A stretch of DNA of 45,866 nt from a virus (taxonomy: Duplodnaviria > Caudoviricetes). This document shows positions 19,232 through 26,884 of the stretch, piece by piece. The stretch lies in IMG/VR virus record IMGVR_UViG_3300021082_000048, positions 1-45,866 of that record; one strand, 5' to 3'. The notes under the pieces are model-generated. The model searched no databases. It saw only the letters and a program-made list of their open reading frames with translations, and was not told where the DNA came from. Each line of letters starts with the position of its first letter. Within the stretch, counting starts at the first letter, position 1. Both the position numbers and the translations under genes were made by a program.

Positions 19232-19648
19232 ATGTCCAACGATACCCGTCCCACGTCGGCCGTGATCGCGGCGAACCCGGAAGCATACGGCTTCAGCTGG
19301 AACACGGAAACCCTGCACAAGGCTGGCTCCACGCTGCCGAACTGCCCGACGATGGAACACAAGGATGAGGCCAAGCTGCGCTCCACCTTCGGTGAGACGT
19401 ACTTCATCGAGATGGCGAACGGCACCTCAGGCCGGGTGAGGGATCAGGAGGTCGCTCGCACCATGATCTACGAGAATCGCAACGTCGATCGCATGGCTGT
19501 CAAGATTGCCATCGTTGACCGCGCATTCGGGATCAGGGTTCGGAAGGCCGCTACGGTGATCAAGGTCCAGTCGTGGCTCGCGAACGACGGCACTGAGTTC
19601 ACTGACAAGGCAGAATGCATGGCTTACAACGCATCACTGACCGCGTGA
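19232..19648 (+). CDS. Early hypothetical protein, paralog of 28318-28746
   Basis: AACGGAGA RBS; own promoter and terminator; strong C/G-ending codon bias; EMANGTSGRV motif. Confidence 0.85.
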   Translation: MSNDTRPTSAVIAANPEAYGFSWNTETLHKAGSTLPNCPTMEHKDEAKLRSTFGETYFIEMANGTSGRVRDQEVARTMIYENRNVDRMAVKIAIVDRAFGIRVRKAATVIKVQSWLANDGTEFTDKAECMAYNASLTA

Positions 19649-19657
19649 TCTGAATAA

Positions 19658-19676
19658 CCCGCCAAGTCCACACACC
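19658..19676. repeat. Inverted repeat, right arm
   Basis: CCCGCCAAGTCCACACACC just after the stop codon. Confidence 0.85.
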
Positions 19677-19688
19677 ACAACTGACCAA

Positions 19689-19723
19689 GGCCCCGGTGGA
19701 TTCTTCCATCGGGGTTTACTGTT
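19689..19723 (+). terminator. Intrinsic terminator
   Basis: CCCCGGTGGA-TTCT-TCCATCGGGG followed by TTTACTGTT. Confidence 0.75.
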
Positions 19724-19752
19724 ATCTATCCCCTCCTACTATATTACCTTAG

Positions 19753-19887
19753 CTCGACCACTAGTGTAGTGTCCTCTTGGCCTCTAGTGAAGTGTTCACT
19801 TGGCCCACTAGTGAGATGCCCTTGGCCCAGTTGGATTGGCTAGTCTTGATTACTAGTGCTATGCAAGGCTAGTCTTGGGCACTAGTG
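19753..19887 (+). repeat. Iteron-like direct repeats, approx. CTYGRNNWCTAGTG
   Basis: Units start at 19753, 19776, 19799, 19821 (partial), 19845, 19874; seven CTAG in ~130 bp. Confidence 0.75.
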
Positions 19888-19964
19888 AGAGGCAAGTTGA
19901 CATTAGCAAGGTGGGGATGCTATACCATTGGTCCCAAACCAAGAAGAGAGTTACCATTTTCTGC

Positions 19965-20030
19965 TATAATCCAGCCAATATTAAAATAGTATATCTAAAA
20001 AAAAAATATACTATAAAAGAATGAAAGAAG
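19965..20030. other. AT-rich tract with an inverted repeat around a poly-A run
   Basis: ATAGTATAT-CTAAAAAAAAA-ATATACTAT; by eye the most AT-rich stretch in the window. Confidence 0.7.
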
Positions 20031-20114
20031 GTGGGACTTACTTTGGTACTCACTACATGGATTGGGACATATGGTGTAGCATCCCCACACACAACCACAA
20101 CTATCAGCCGGGGG

Positions 20115-20143
20115 TTGACAACTGGAACAAGATGTATTATATT
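20115..20143 (+). promoter_or_regulatory. Sigma70-type promoter P2
   Basis: TTGACA-17 bp (CAAGATGTAT end)-TATATT. Confidence 0.8.
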
Positions 20144-20244
20144 GTAATGGGCATTGGACTCACCCATTACGGAGCCACATCATGTCAGTATTATCATCGC
20201 CATCAGTATACATGCAGCAGCTTCAAACATGCTCAGTCACCGAT

Positions 20245-20775
20245 ATGCCCAGACTGATATGGACACTCAAGAAACTATCCGAATCATCTCTATACACTGG
20301 ATACAATAAGTATGGCAACAACCCAAGGACACAGAAGGGCTTTCGTCTCTGTGGTAATGTCACTGGTGAACTAGCTAACTATCTAGATACATTGGCATAT
20401 CTGAATGTCAGTGCAGATGATATGCAGAAAGTGCTTGAGTTCACAATCGTTGCCTTGCCCAAGATCACCTTCAGTATGGAAACACTGGTCCAAGCTGAGA
20501 TGGCAGTTGGTCGAATCAAGCTGATACATGATCGCTACATAAAGAAGCCAGACGCATCAGTCTTTACAGCTGTGGCGGCTGAGGCGATACAGAATGGGGT
20601 TGTGCCTAAGCCAGAGGGTATTGATCCACAATATGCTGAAGCACTTGCGGCATTTAAGGCCAATTACGCAGCTAAACAGGAGCTTAAGCGGCCATATCTT
20701 AGTGATGAAGAGAAGGATAAAATACTGAATGCAGTTGAGGGTGTTGATCTATCTGATCCAGATGACAGAATGTAA
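20245..20775 (+). CDS. Hypothetical protein
   Basis: Long ORF downstream of P2; start uncertain (MPRLIW). Confidence 0.7.
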   Translation: MPRLIWTLKKLSESSLYTGYNKYGNNPRTQKGFRLCGNVTGELANYLDTLAYLNVSADDMQKVLEFTIVALPKITFSMETLVQAEMAVGRIKLIHDRYIKKPDASVFTAVAAEAIQNGVVPKPEGIDPQYAEALAAFKANYAAKQELKRPYLSDEEKDKILNAVEGVDLSDPDDRM

Positions 20776-20776
20776 G

Positions 20777-20794
20777 CGATTCAATGTTGAATCA
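20777..20794. promoter_or_regulatory. Palindromic site, copy 5 (CGATTCA-ATGT-TGAATCA)
   Basis: Directly after a stop codon, 28 bp upstream of the P3 -35. Confidence 0.85.
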
Positions 20795-20822
20795 GTTGCA
20801 TAGCATATTCGCAAGTCCACAT

Positions 20823-20851
20823 TTGCATTCTTGACCATCTTGTGTTATATT
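20823..20851 (+). promoter_or_regulatory. Sigma70-type promoter P3
   Basis: TTGCAT-17 bp (TGTGT end)-TATATT. Confidence 0.7.
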
Positions 20852-20906
20852 TAAAGGTGGATTTGATTTTTGCTTCACATTCAACATGAAAGGTGGTGAT
20901 GATCAG

Positions 20907-21071
20907 ATGGTGGCTAAATTGCTTTGTCCCGTATGTGGATGCAACCGGGTCGACTTCGAGATTCTCGAGCCCATCGTACCCACCGCACCCAACACCGAGC
21001 TCATCAGACACACGTGTGACGACTGTGGTTGTGTCGAGGATGTGGTGGTCCACTTCAATGGTGGGGAGTAA
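20907..21071 (+). CDS. Small zinc-ribbon protein
   Basis: CPVC...CDDC; AAGGTGGTG RBS. Confidence 0.65.
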   Translation: MVAKLLCPVCGCNRVDFEILEPIVPTAPNTELIRHTCDDCGCVEDVVVHFNGGE

Positions 21072-21076
21072 CACAC

Positions 21077-21466
21077 ATGATACGGTGCGCTGATTGTGAA
21101 TTACCTGCCAGCGGCGTCTGGCGGATAATCACTAAAACTTACACCGACGCAAAGTATCTATGCGCCGCTTGTGGGTTCCACAGCTACAGGCAACGCAGAT
21201 TGTTCTTCGTTCCCTCAATGAGGGTCGAACTGTACAAGTCATTCGTTACCGACTTCATCGCATCCGAGACACCACCTGTCCAGGACATACCTGAAAAGCA
21301 TTGGGCAGATCACAAGCTCCCAGCTGAAAAGCTACATCCATCAGGTGTACCAATCAGCCAATTCGTTGCCCAGCTGCGTCGTACCAAGGGTGGTCCATCA
21401 CAAGTTTCAAGCAACATCATGAATAGTTTCCGTGGTTCCAGCAATCCCAATTCCAACGCGGACTAA
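21077..21466 (+). CDS. Hypothetical zinc-binding protein
   Basis: CADC...CAAC; GGGGAG RBS. Confidence 0.6.
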   Translation: MIRCADCELPASGVWRIITKTYTDAKYLCAACGFHSYRQRRLFFVPSMRVELYKSFVTDFIASETPPVQDIPEKHWADHKLPAEKLHPSGVPISQFVAQLRRTKGGPSQVSSNIMNSFRGSSNPNSNAD

Positions 21467-21472
21467 AAGAAA

Positions 21473-21700
21473 ATGGCTCGCAAGTTTCTCATCACATTCT
21501 ATCGCGAGTTGGTACGCGATAACGGGAGTGGTTACAGTTGCACAGAATGCCACTCTGAACCAGAGATGGAAGCAGAGACTATCGACGAGGTGTTAGCATA
21601 TGCCTTGCGGCTGCCCATCGCCAGAGAGTACGAGTCGCTAGGGATCATGGAGGAGGCTGCCCTCCGCAAGATGATGCAGCCACGTGATGAGTCCATGTAG
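21473..21700 (+). CDS. Hypothetical protein
   Basis: Packed ORF in the early operon. Confidence 0.6.
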   Translation: MARKFLITFYRELVRDNGSGYSCTECHSEPEMEAETIDEVLAYALRLPIAREYESLGIMEEAALRKMMQPRDESM

Positions 21701-21725
21701 TTCAACCTGCACAACGGAGAACAAA

Positions 21726-21860
21726 ATGAAGACCCTGACTTTCAGCTTCATCAAGCAGTCCAAGAACTACAGCGTCTACAACGAAGTTGGTGGCTTCAAC
21801 AAGTTGTACCTGCCCCTCTCGATCACGCAAGACACCATCACGGTAGAGGTGAAGTCATGA
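21726..21860 (+). CDS. Small hypothetical protein (44 aa)
   Basis: Not in ORF track; MKTLTFSFIKQSKNYSVYNEVGGFNKLYLPLSITQDTITVEVKS; AACGGAGA RBS; ATGA overlap with the next gene. Confidence 0.75.
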   Translation: MKTLTFSFIKQSKNYSVYNEVGGFNKLYLPLSITQDTITVEVKS

Positions 21861-22309
21861 CCAACCGCTGGAGCAAGCTCGTGACCAGTCCCGAACTCGA
21901 GGAAATGGAGGAGGAACTCCGTTCCATTGAGAACCGACTGGCCCGCCTGACCCAAGACAGGCACTGGATTCAGGCACAAGAAGCAGAACAACTGAAGAAG
22001 TACGACAAGATCAATCTCAAGGGCTGGGAAGTTCTCGATCAAGTCAATGAGGCCAAAGATAAGTGGCCCCATGATTTCGAGTACGAAGGTATGAACTTCA
22101 AGGTGGTCACTGAGTTCGGTGAGTACATCACTGTTCACGAGGGCAAGATTTACGGTGTCGCTATGATGCACACAGGCGAACCAGAGACCATCGGGCACAC
22201 GGGTGAGATGAATCTCATAGATATCACTGCACCCGATGAAGCTTGTCTCGCTACCATCAACGAGAAGTTCGGAACCAACTTCACAGTCGACCAGTTCCCA
22301 GGGAGGTAG
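21857..22309 (+). CDS. Hypothetical protein
   Basis: GAGGTG RBS; coiled-coil N-terminus. Confidence 0.75.
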   Translation: MTNRWSKLVTSPELEEMEEELRSIENRLARLTQDRHWIQAQEAEQLKKYDKINLKGWEVLDQVNEAKDKWPHDFEYEGMNFKVVTEFGEYITVHEGKIYGVAMMHTGEPETIGHTGEMNLIDITAPDEACLATINEKFGTNFTVDQFPGR

Positions 22310-22310
22310 C

Positions 22311-22496
22311 ATGATCGTCCGCAAGATCACATCGCTTGAGCTCACAGATATCACAGCACCAGAACTTGGGGTGCAGGTCTCGATATCTGCTGACGGTAAG
22401 AAGGTGTGGGTGAATGTAGATGGTGTATGTGTACTGCGTATTACCGAGATTCCAGAGCTCGAAGTCGACAATCTGCACGCTAACAAAGAGGTATGA
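22311..22496 (+). CDS. Hypothetical protein
   Basis: GGAGGT RBS, MIVRKITS start. Confidence 0.7.
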   Translation: MIVRKITSLELTDITAPELGVQVSISADGKKVWVNVDGVCVLRITEIPELEVDNLHANKEV

Positions 22497-22497
22497 C

Positions 22498-22614
22498 ATG
22501 AAGAAGCTTTGGGCAATCTGTATCGTGGTCTATCTGATTTGGGCAATAGCAGTACTCTTGCCCGAGCCAGCAGAACCGTGCTTCACCGATGAACAGTGCG
22601 GAGAACCCCGCTAA
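22498..22614 (+). CDS. Small single-TM protein
   Basis: MKKLWAICIVVYLIWAIAVLL; GAGGT RBS. Confidence 0.6.
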   Translation: MKKLWAICIVVYLIWAIAVLLPEPAEPCFTDEQCGEPR

Positions 22615-22937
22615 TGAAAAAGCCTATCATACTCATCACTGACGATGGGAAAGAGACCGAGCTGCCAGGTATGTGGACCATCTGCCACAAGTGTCGTGGC
22701 AAGGGCCACTCATCAGCACACCTTGGTGTCGTGGATCGTAACGACTTCACCGATGAAGAGTGGGCACAGTACCTCGAAGGTGGCTACGATCGTCCATGTG
22801 GCTGCTCAGATGGTAAGCTGTGGATCATCAATCCTATCGCTTGCACCATCGAAGAGTGGAATGCGTGGACTGAACAGCAGCGTGACTTCGCAGCGATCGA
22901 CCGTATGTCTGAAATGGAAAGGCAGATGGGAGCATGA
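22614..22937 (+). CDS. Hypothetical protein with DnaJ-type zinc motif
   Basis: CHKCRGKG...CGCSDG; TAATG coupling. Confidence 0.7.
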   Translation: MKKPIILITDDGKETELPGMWTICHKCRGKGHSSAHLGVVDRNDFTDEEWAQYLEGGYDRPCGCSDGKLWIINPIACTIEEWNAWTEQQRDFAAIDRMSEMERQMGA

Positions 22938-23221
22938 TCGGTTACCACTGTGGAAAGCCGGTAGTGACGATCTGCGATCGAGCCACTTTCTTCGGTCGCA
23001 GGTGCGTCGTGTGCAACAAGAAGTTCTACCAGCGTAAGCGTGCTAGTAAGAAGTCTATCCTTCCAACAGCCAAGTTGGATGCGTACAGAATGATGATACG
23101 GGAGAACGAGAAGGCTGCACTACGTCAGATTGCAGATCAACGGTTCGCACATGCTGTTGAAGTGGCCAAGCGGGAACTCGACAAAGCCATGAAGGAAATT
23201 GACGAAAGGGTCATAGAGTAA
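22934..23221 (+). CDS. Hypothetical zinc-finger/coiled-coil protein
   Basis: HC...CVVC; ATGA overlap. Confidence 0.65.
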   Translation: MIGYHCGKPVVTICDRATFFGRRCVVCNKKFYQRKRASKKSILPTAKLDAYRMMIRENEKAALRQIADQRFAHAVEVAKRELDKAMKEIDERVIE

Positions 23222-23517
23222 TGGGCTACTATCTTGAATTCGCTGAGCACAACAAGGCTCACGCTCTTGCCACAACCAAGGGCGTGAAGGAAGTCAGTGT
23301 GCATGAAGCCAAGCAGTATGTGCCCAACGTGGTGTGTTGTGTCTACAATCCTGGGCAAGGATTCTGGGCAGCAGGATGGTGTTACTCGAAGCGTGAGTAC
23401 AATGAGTTCTCAGACCCGTATGATCGTCGTCAGAAGCGTTGGTTCTGGGTACCGGATGAGATAATCACTGCTACCTACCCAAAACAGTTCGAGCTAGCGA
23501 AGAAAGGGGAGCTATAA
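23221..23517 (+). CDS. Hypothetical protein
   Basis: TAATG coupling. Confidence 0.7.
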   Translation: MGYYLEFAEHNKAHALATTKGVKEVSVHEAKQYVPNVVCCVYNPGQGFWAAGWCYSKREYNEFSDPYDRRQKRWFWVPDEIITATYPKQFELAKKGEL

Positions 23518-23519
23518 CA

Positions 23520-23864
23520 ATGGCACTCGACGCACTGTTGTCTCTCATCAAGAACAACCCACCACCTGATGGCTGGCGTGCAAGCCAGCTTTCAATGCGT
23601 ACTCGCAAGAGTAACAGCTGTCCTATCGCATGGGCAGTGTGTTGTGCTGACAAGAACTATTGTGGCCTGCCTCTCAATGGCAGAGCTGCAAGTGGGGAGT
23701 TCGACTCCATGCTGGGCCTCACAGTGGACGAGCGGGTGAACATAGTGACAGCTGCTGATGGGTTCGCTACCACACCGGAAGAGTTGAATGTCAAAGCTCT
23801 GTTGTGGGAAGCTTGTGATGTTCCATCTGTGCCGTCTGAGTACAAGCCCGAGGACGCATTCTAA
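23520..23864 (+). CDS. Hypothetical protein
   Basis: GGGGAG RBS. Confidence 0.7.
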   Translation: MALDALLSLIKNNPPPDGWRASQLSMRTRKSNSCPIAWAVCCADKNYCGLPLNGRAASGEFDSMLGLTVDERVNIVTAADGFATTPEELNVKALLWEACDVPSVPSEYKPEDAF

Positions 23865-24169
23865 TGGCAACTCATGAAGTCGCAGTGCTCAACGACAAAG
23901 GAGAAGTCGTACGCTTGGGCTTCTCCGATGGTCGTAAGAAGGGCGATGACTACGTGTTCGTGGATGGAGTGCAGTACTTGTTTACTCAAGTGGTACTGCG
24001 CTCTAGTGCAAGGGCATACTCGCAGCTGCTATACAAACAGTACATGGAAATGCAGAACCTGAAGGAAATGCACATCAAGATGCGTGCTCAAGCCTATACT
24101 ACTATGGGCGTACCAACCAAGACTCGTGGACGCTGGGTAGAGGAAGAAGAAGAGGAGACCAAAGAATGA
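23864..24169 (+). CDS. Hypothetical protein
   Basis: TAATG coupling; acidic tail. Confidence 0.7.
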   Translation: MATHEVAVLNDKGEVVRLGFSDGRKKGDDYVFVDGVQYLFTQVVLRSSARAYSQLLYKQYMEMQNLKEMHIKMRAQAYTTMGVPTKTRGRWVEEEEEETKE

Positions 24170-24345
24170 AAAGGAAAACTGTGACCATCAAGGGCATTCG
24201 TGGCAAGTGCATTTCGTGCGAAGAAGTAAAGTGGCTACACCCAGAACTAGATATGTGTGGCACTTGCACCACCGGCAAAGCGGATGACCTCGAGTTGTTC
24301 AAGGGATTGTGGGAAGAAACTGTCACAGAGTTTGGTCTCAAGTGA
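24166..24345 (+). CDS. Small zinc-finger protein (59 aa)
   Basis: Not in ORF track; MKRKTVTIKGIRGKCISC...CGTC; GAGGAG RBS; ATGA overlap. Confidence 0.7.
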   Translation: MKRKTVTIKGIRGKCISCEEVKWLHPELDMCGTCTTGKADDLELFKGLWEETVTEFGLK

Positions 24346-24539
24346 GTGTGATCCTAAGTCCCTGTGTAGGTACCAGGGGCGAACCAAGCTTTGAAGTAGT
24401 GGGTCACAGATACCACTTTGCATCACGCAAGTGGTTCCTTAAGTGGCTCAAGTATCATCATGGTGCTTGGAAAGATCAAAGCATCACCCGATTGAAGTCG
24501 TCAGTAGGTACAATCCCAGACTGGGAGTTGCTCAAGTAA
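24342..24539 (+). CDS. Hypothetical protein
   Basis: GTGA overlap with the previous stop; ends before P4. Confidence 0.5.
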   Translation: MSVILSPCVGTRGEPSFEVVGHRYHFASRKWFLKWLKYHHGAWKDQSITRLKSSVGTIPDWELLK

Positions 24540-24561
24540 CGAAACCCGATCGCCACTAAGC

Positions 24562-24590
24562 TTGACAAGATTCACAAGATGTGTTATATT
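24562..24590 (+). promoter_or_regulatory. Sigma70-type promoter P4
   Basis: TTGACA-17 bp (CAAGATGTGT end)-TATATT. Confidence 0.85.
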
Positions 24591-24617
24591 GTAATATGGC
24601 AAATTGTTGGATTCCAC

Positions 24618-24635
24618 TGATTCAATCCTGAATCA
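24618..24635. promoter_or_regulatory. Palindromic site, copy 6 (TGATTCA-ATCC-TGAATCA)
   Basis: In the 5' UTR just downstream of P4; flanks extend the symmetry (TTCCA...TGGAA). Confidence 0.85.
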
Positions 24636-24671
24636 CTGGAAGTACGTCACTTAAAACTACGGAGAAGTAAC

Positions 24672-24827
24672 ATGACCCCGATGACTTACATCGTGAAGGC
24701 CGGTGCTTGCACGCTGGCGGAACTCTCCCAGCTGGCACGCACTGACAAGCCCGCCGTGGACACGCTCAAGGTCTGGGCGAAGGAGGAGATGGCAGCGCTG
24801 GGCATCGAGCCCACTGTTGCCGCGTGA
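24672..24827 (+). CDS. Small hypothetical protein (51 aa)
   Basis: Not in ORF track; MTPMTYIVKAGACTLAELSQLARTDKPAVDTLKVWAKEEMAALGIEPTVAA; ACGGAGA RBS. Confidence 0.75.
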   Translation: MTPMTYIVKAGACTLAELSQLARTDKPAVDTLKVWAKEEMAALGIEPTVAA

Positions 24828-25186
24828 GACTCATCGCGTGTGTAGCACTCGCGTTCACTCTGGGCTGTGCCGAAGCCACTAGCCCAGAACCTGAGCCGGA
24901 GACGGTAACCATACCTCCCATACTGGCCCAAGCGGACAGTGTGATGGTCAGTATGGATCGGGAAGTCATGTTCATGACAGCACCGGGAGCTGGAGACGAC
25001 AGCCCTGCATGCCGTCAAGCGATTCGTGATTACGCTATTGTGGCATCACTGTATGCAGTGGCAGTTGCAGCTGTCCGCATTTCACCCAACGCAGTGAACG
25101 TTGCAACAGCGGCACTCATGGCATTGGCAGTGCTCAACGCATCGTCTAATGTCTACAACAACTGTTCGTCCACGAGGCCAGCATGA
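24824..25186 (+). CDS. Lipoprotein with a C-terminal hydrophobic helical hairpin
   Basis: Signal peptide with lipobox TLGC, PEPEPE linker, two Ala-rich hydrophobic helices bracketed by Cys. Confidence 0.7.
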   Translation: MRLIACVALAFTLGCAEATSPEPEPETVTIPPILAQADSVMVSMDREVMFMTAPGAGDDSPACRQAIRDYAIVASLYAVAVAAVRISPNAVNVATAALMALAVLNASSNVYNNCSSTRPA

Positions 25187-25353
25187 AGAACCTCTGGAAG
25201 TGGATGCTCCTGCTCATCCCGGTAAGCTTGATTCTGGCAGTGTTCGGGCCAAGGCTGCCCACTCTTCCAGATGGTTGGAGTACCGCCATCGTACTGGTGG
25301 GTGTGTTAGGGCTGTTGTGGAACACGTTCGCACAACAGAAGCGCAAGCAGTAA
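25183..25353 (+). CDS. Small two-TM membrane protein (56 aa)
   Basis: Not in ORF track; MKNLWKWMLLLIPVSLILAVFGPRLPTLPDGWSTAIVLVGVLGLLWNTFAQQKRKQ; ATGA overlap. Confidence 0.75.
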   Translation: MKNLWKWMLLLIPVSLILAVFGPRLPTLPDGWSTAIVLVGVLGLLWNTFAQQKRKQ

Positions 25354-25359
25354 TGTAGG

Positions 25360-25426
25360 TGGCTGACGGTGGTGGGTAGAGTTTCAACGCGACACTCTAC
25401 CGTGGGTTCGAATCCCACTCAGCCAT
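25360..25426 (+). ncRNA. tRNA-like element lacking a D-stem and canonical anticodon loop
   Basis: Acceptor TGGCTGA/TCAGCCA (7 bp); T-arm GTGGG-TTCGAAT-CCCAC; 8-bp stem GGTAGAGT/ACTCTACC with 11-nt loop. Confidence 0.65.
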
Positions 25427-25430
25427 TGAT

Positions 25431-25541
25431 GGACTCGGCGGTGGAGGCGAAAACCTCTCCCGTTGAAAGGGACAAAGATAGGGCGGCTGACACCGACCTT
25501 ACGACAAAGCCCTTTATCCTGTCAGGGATTCAACCGGGTCC
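25431..25541 (+). ncRNA. Candidate multi-stem pseudoknotted RNA
   Basis: Closing stem GGACTCGG/CCGGGTCC; hairpins GAGG/CCTC, TCCC/GGGA, AGGGC/GCCCT; CTGACA complementary to downstream TGTCAG. Confidence 0.45.
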
Positions 25542-25551
25542 TTTTACTTTG

Positions 25552-25629
25552 GGAAGCACGGGCCGAAACAGTTGGGTTATCCTGCTAAGATATACCCCAG
25601 CTAGAAGTCCTTGTCCGTGCTTTCCTTTT
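25552..25629 (+). ncRNA. Long stem-loop followed by a T tract (ncRNA domain or terminator)
   Basis: GGAAGCACGGGC/GTCCGTGCTTTCC outer stem, AGTTGGG/CCCAGCT inner stem, then TTTT. Confidence 0.4.
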
Positions 25630-25654
25630 GCCGTTCTCTATAATGGAGGATAGA

Positions 25655-25996
25655 ATGCCGCTACCTAGTATTTTCATTTGGAAAGAATCACCTCTCATCG
25701 AGGAAGGTGAGCGACACTTCACAGTCTATGCGATGACACAAGATGGTACCATGCTGGTGTTGGCTGAGATGCACAGTCTCATCTACGCCAAGCATCTCCT
25801 CGGCTTGAACTCCAAACAGCAACACGAGTTGTATAACAATCACTACCCCGAAGGATGGGTGCTAGTGGACCTCACGGAGCTTAACGATGATCAACTTGAC
25901 ACGCATCCAGAGTTCACTGCGGCGCTTGATCGCTGGGATAGGGCAGTCCTCGGTAGAGGAGAAGTCGTGGCTGAATCATCCAATCAAGGAACCTGA
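25655..25996 (+). CDS. Hypothetical protein
   Basis: GGAGG RBS before MPLPSIF. Confidence 0.75.
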   Translation: MPLPSIFIWKESPLIEEGERHFTVYAMTQDGTMLVLAEMHSLIYAKHLLGLNSKQQHELYNNHYPEGWVLVDLTELNDDQLDTHPEFTAALDRWDRAVLGRGEVVAESSNQGT

Positions 25997-26100
25997 GTAC
26001 GTCGATGTCACTCGTCATGCTATTGCGTGTGGACTGCTTGCACTAGATGACGAAGAGCAGCGTGCTGCGTTGTCACGATACCTGATCGAGCAGGAACTAG

Positions 26101-26442
26101 ATGGATGTTGGTACTCGTTGCTTCTACCTGGATTCAGAAAGGCAGCAAACGATGCTCGCAGATGTAAGGATCAAGTGGGAAGCGAATGGATTTCCGACTT
26201 CCTACCGGGACATTACGGATTTGTCGCCTCAGGAACTAAACCAGTTTCTCCAGAGCAGGAACCGGGAGAGACTAGTAAAGATTTGCACCGTGTTAGTCTC
26301 TTTAGTACAATCCTTGACCACGCCTGACATGATGGAGGTACCAGATGGCAAAGAAACAGAAGCATCTGCCAACGCAGCCGAGCAAGCAACTCAAGACCCA
26401 GAAGTTCTTCAAGAAGGTACGCAAGCCCTCGATGAGGGGTAA
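26101..26442 (+). CDS. Hypothetical protein
   Basis: AGGA RBS; competes with overlapping ORF 25887-26327. Confidence 0.5.
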   Translation: MDVGTRCFYLDSERQQTMLADVRIKWEANGFPTSYRDITDLSPQELNQFLQSRNRERLVKICTVLVSLVQSLTTPDMMEVPDGKETEASANAAEQATQDPEVLQEGTQALDEG

Positions 26443-26447
26443 GTAAC

Positions 26448-26660
26448 ATGACGGTCGAGCAGCTGATGGAGGACCTAAAGAAGTACCCACTGTGGTACAA
26501 GGTCCACATCGACATGATGGTAGACGAAGATCGGCACGTGGTGAACATTACAAGCTTGCGTCAGCAGCCAGGATTCGACGCGGTAGCGATTGACTGTGGT
26601 GACTACGATTACGTGAACGACGATGGCTCAGCGGGTGACAAAGAAGCAGAGAGGAACTGA
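26448..26660 (+). CDS. Hypothetical protein
   Basis: MTVEQLMEDLKKYP is a common phage small-protein start; GAGGGG RBS. Confidence 0.75.
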   Translation: MTVEQLMEDLKKYPLWYKVHIDMMVDEDRHVVNITSLRQQPGFDAVAIDCGDYDYVNDDGSAGDKEAERN

Positions 26661-26662
26661 CA

Positions 26663-26884
26663 ATGCCACGAGTATTCTTGGAGCAGCAGGTGCTTGATCG
26701 AATCGCAGGGCTGTCGCTGGAGAATGGTGCGATGGCCTTCAACAGCACGAAGGATGCGAATGGTGAGATATACCTGAGCGAGGACATTCACGACATGATC
26801 GCTCAGGTCGCAGAGAAGTACGAAGTGTCCATGTCGGATGCTGTCACCATGATGCTAGACGCGAGGCTACCTAGCGATGGCTAA
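26663..26884 (+). CDS. Ribbon-helix-helix-like DNA-binding protein
   Basis: EIYLSEDIHDMIAQVAEKYEVSMSDAVTMML fits the RHH pattern; GAGGA RBS. Confidence 0.55.
   Translation: MPRVFLEQQVLDRIAGLSLENGAMAFNSTKDANGEIYLSEDIHDMIAQVAEKYEVSMSDAVTMMLDARLPSDG

Noticed and set aside
19166-19676. Retron a1/a2 arms or a mobile element
   Set aside because: No reverse transcriptase, transposase or recombinase recognised in the window
19898-19926. Additional TTGACA promoter
   Set aside because: Poor -10 match and lacks the family's TGTGT element
22213-22364. DITAP peptide repeated in two adjacent ORFs
   Set aside because: Only ~20 nt of similarity; could be chance or a tiny local duplication
25360-25426. 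Canonical or UCA-suppressor tRNA
   Set aside because: No D-stem; TCA is not centred in a 7-nt loop; TGA and TAG act as normal stops throughout, so there is no sign of recoding
25552-25629. Hammerhead or hairpin ribozyme (CGAAA, AGAAGTC present)
   Set aside because: No CTGANGA core or loop-B consensus in a workable arrangement
25887-26327. 146-aa ORF
   Set aside because: No clear start or RBS and it overlaps two better-supported ORFs; a frameshift cannot be excluded
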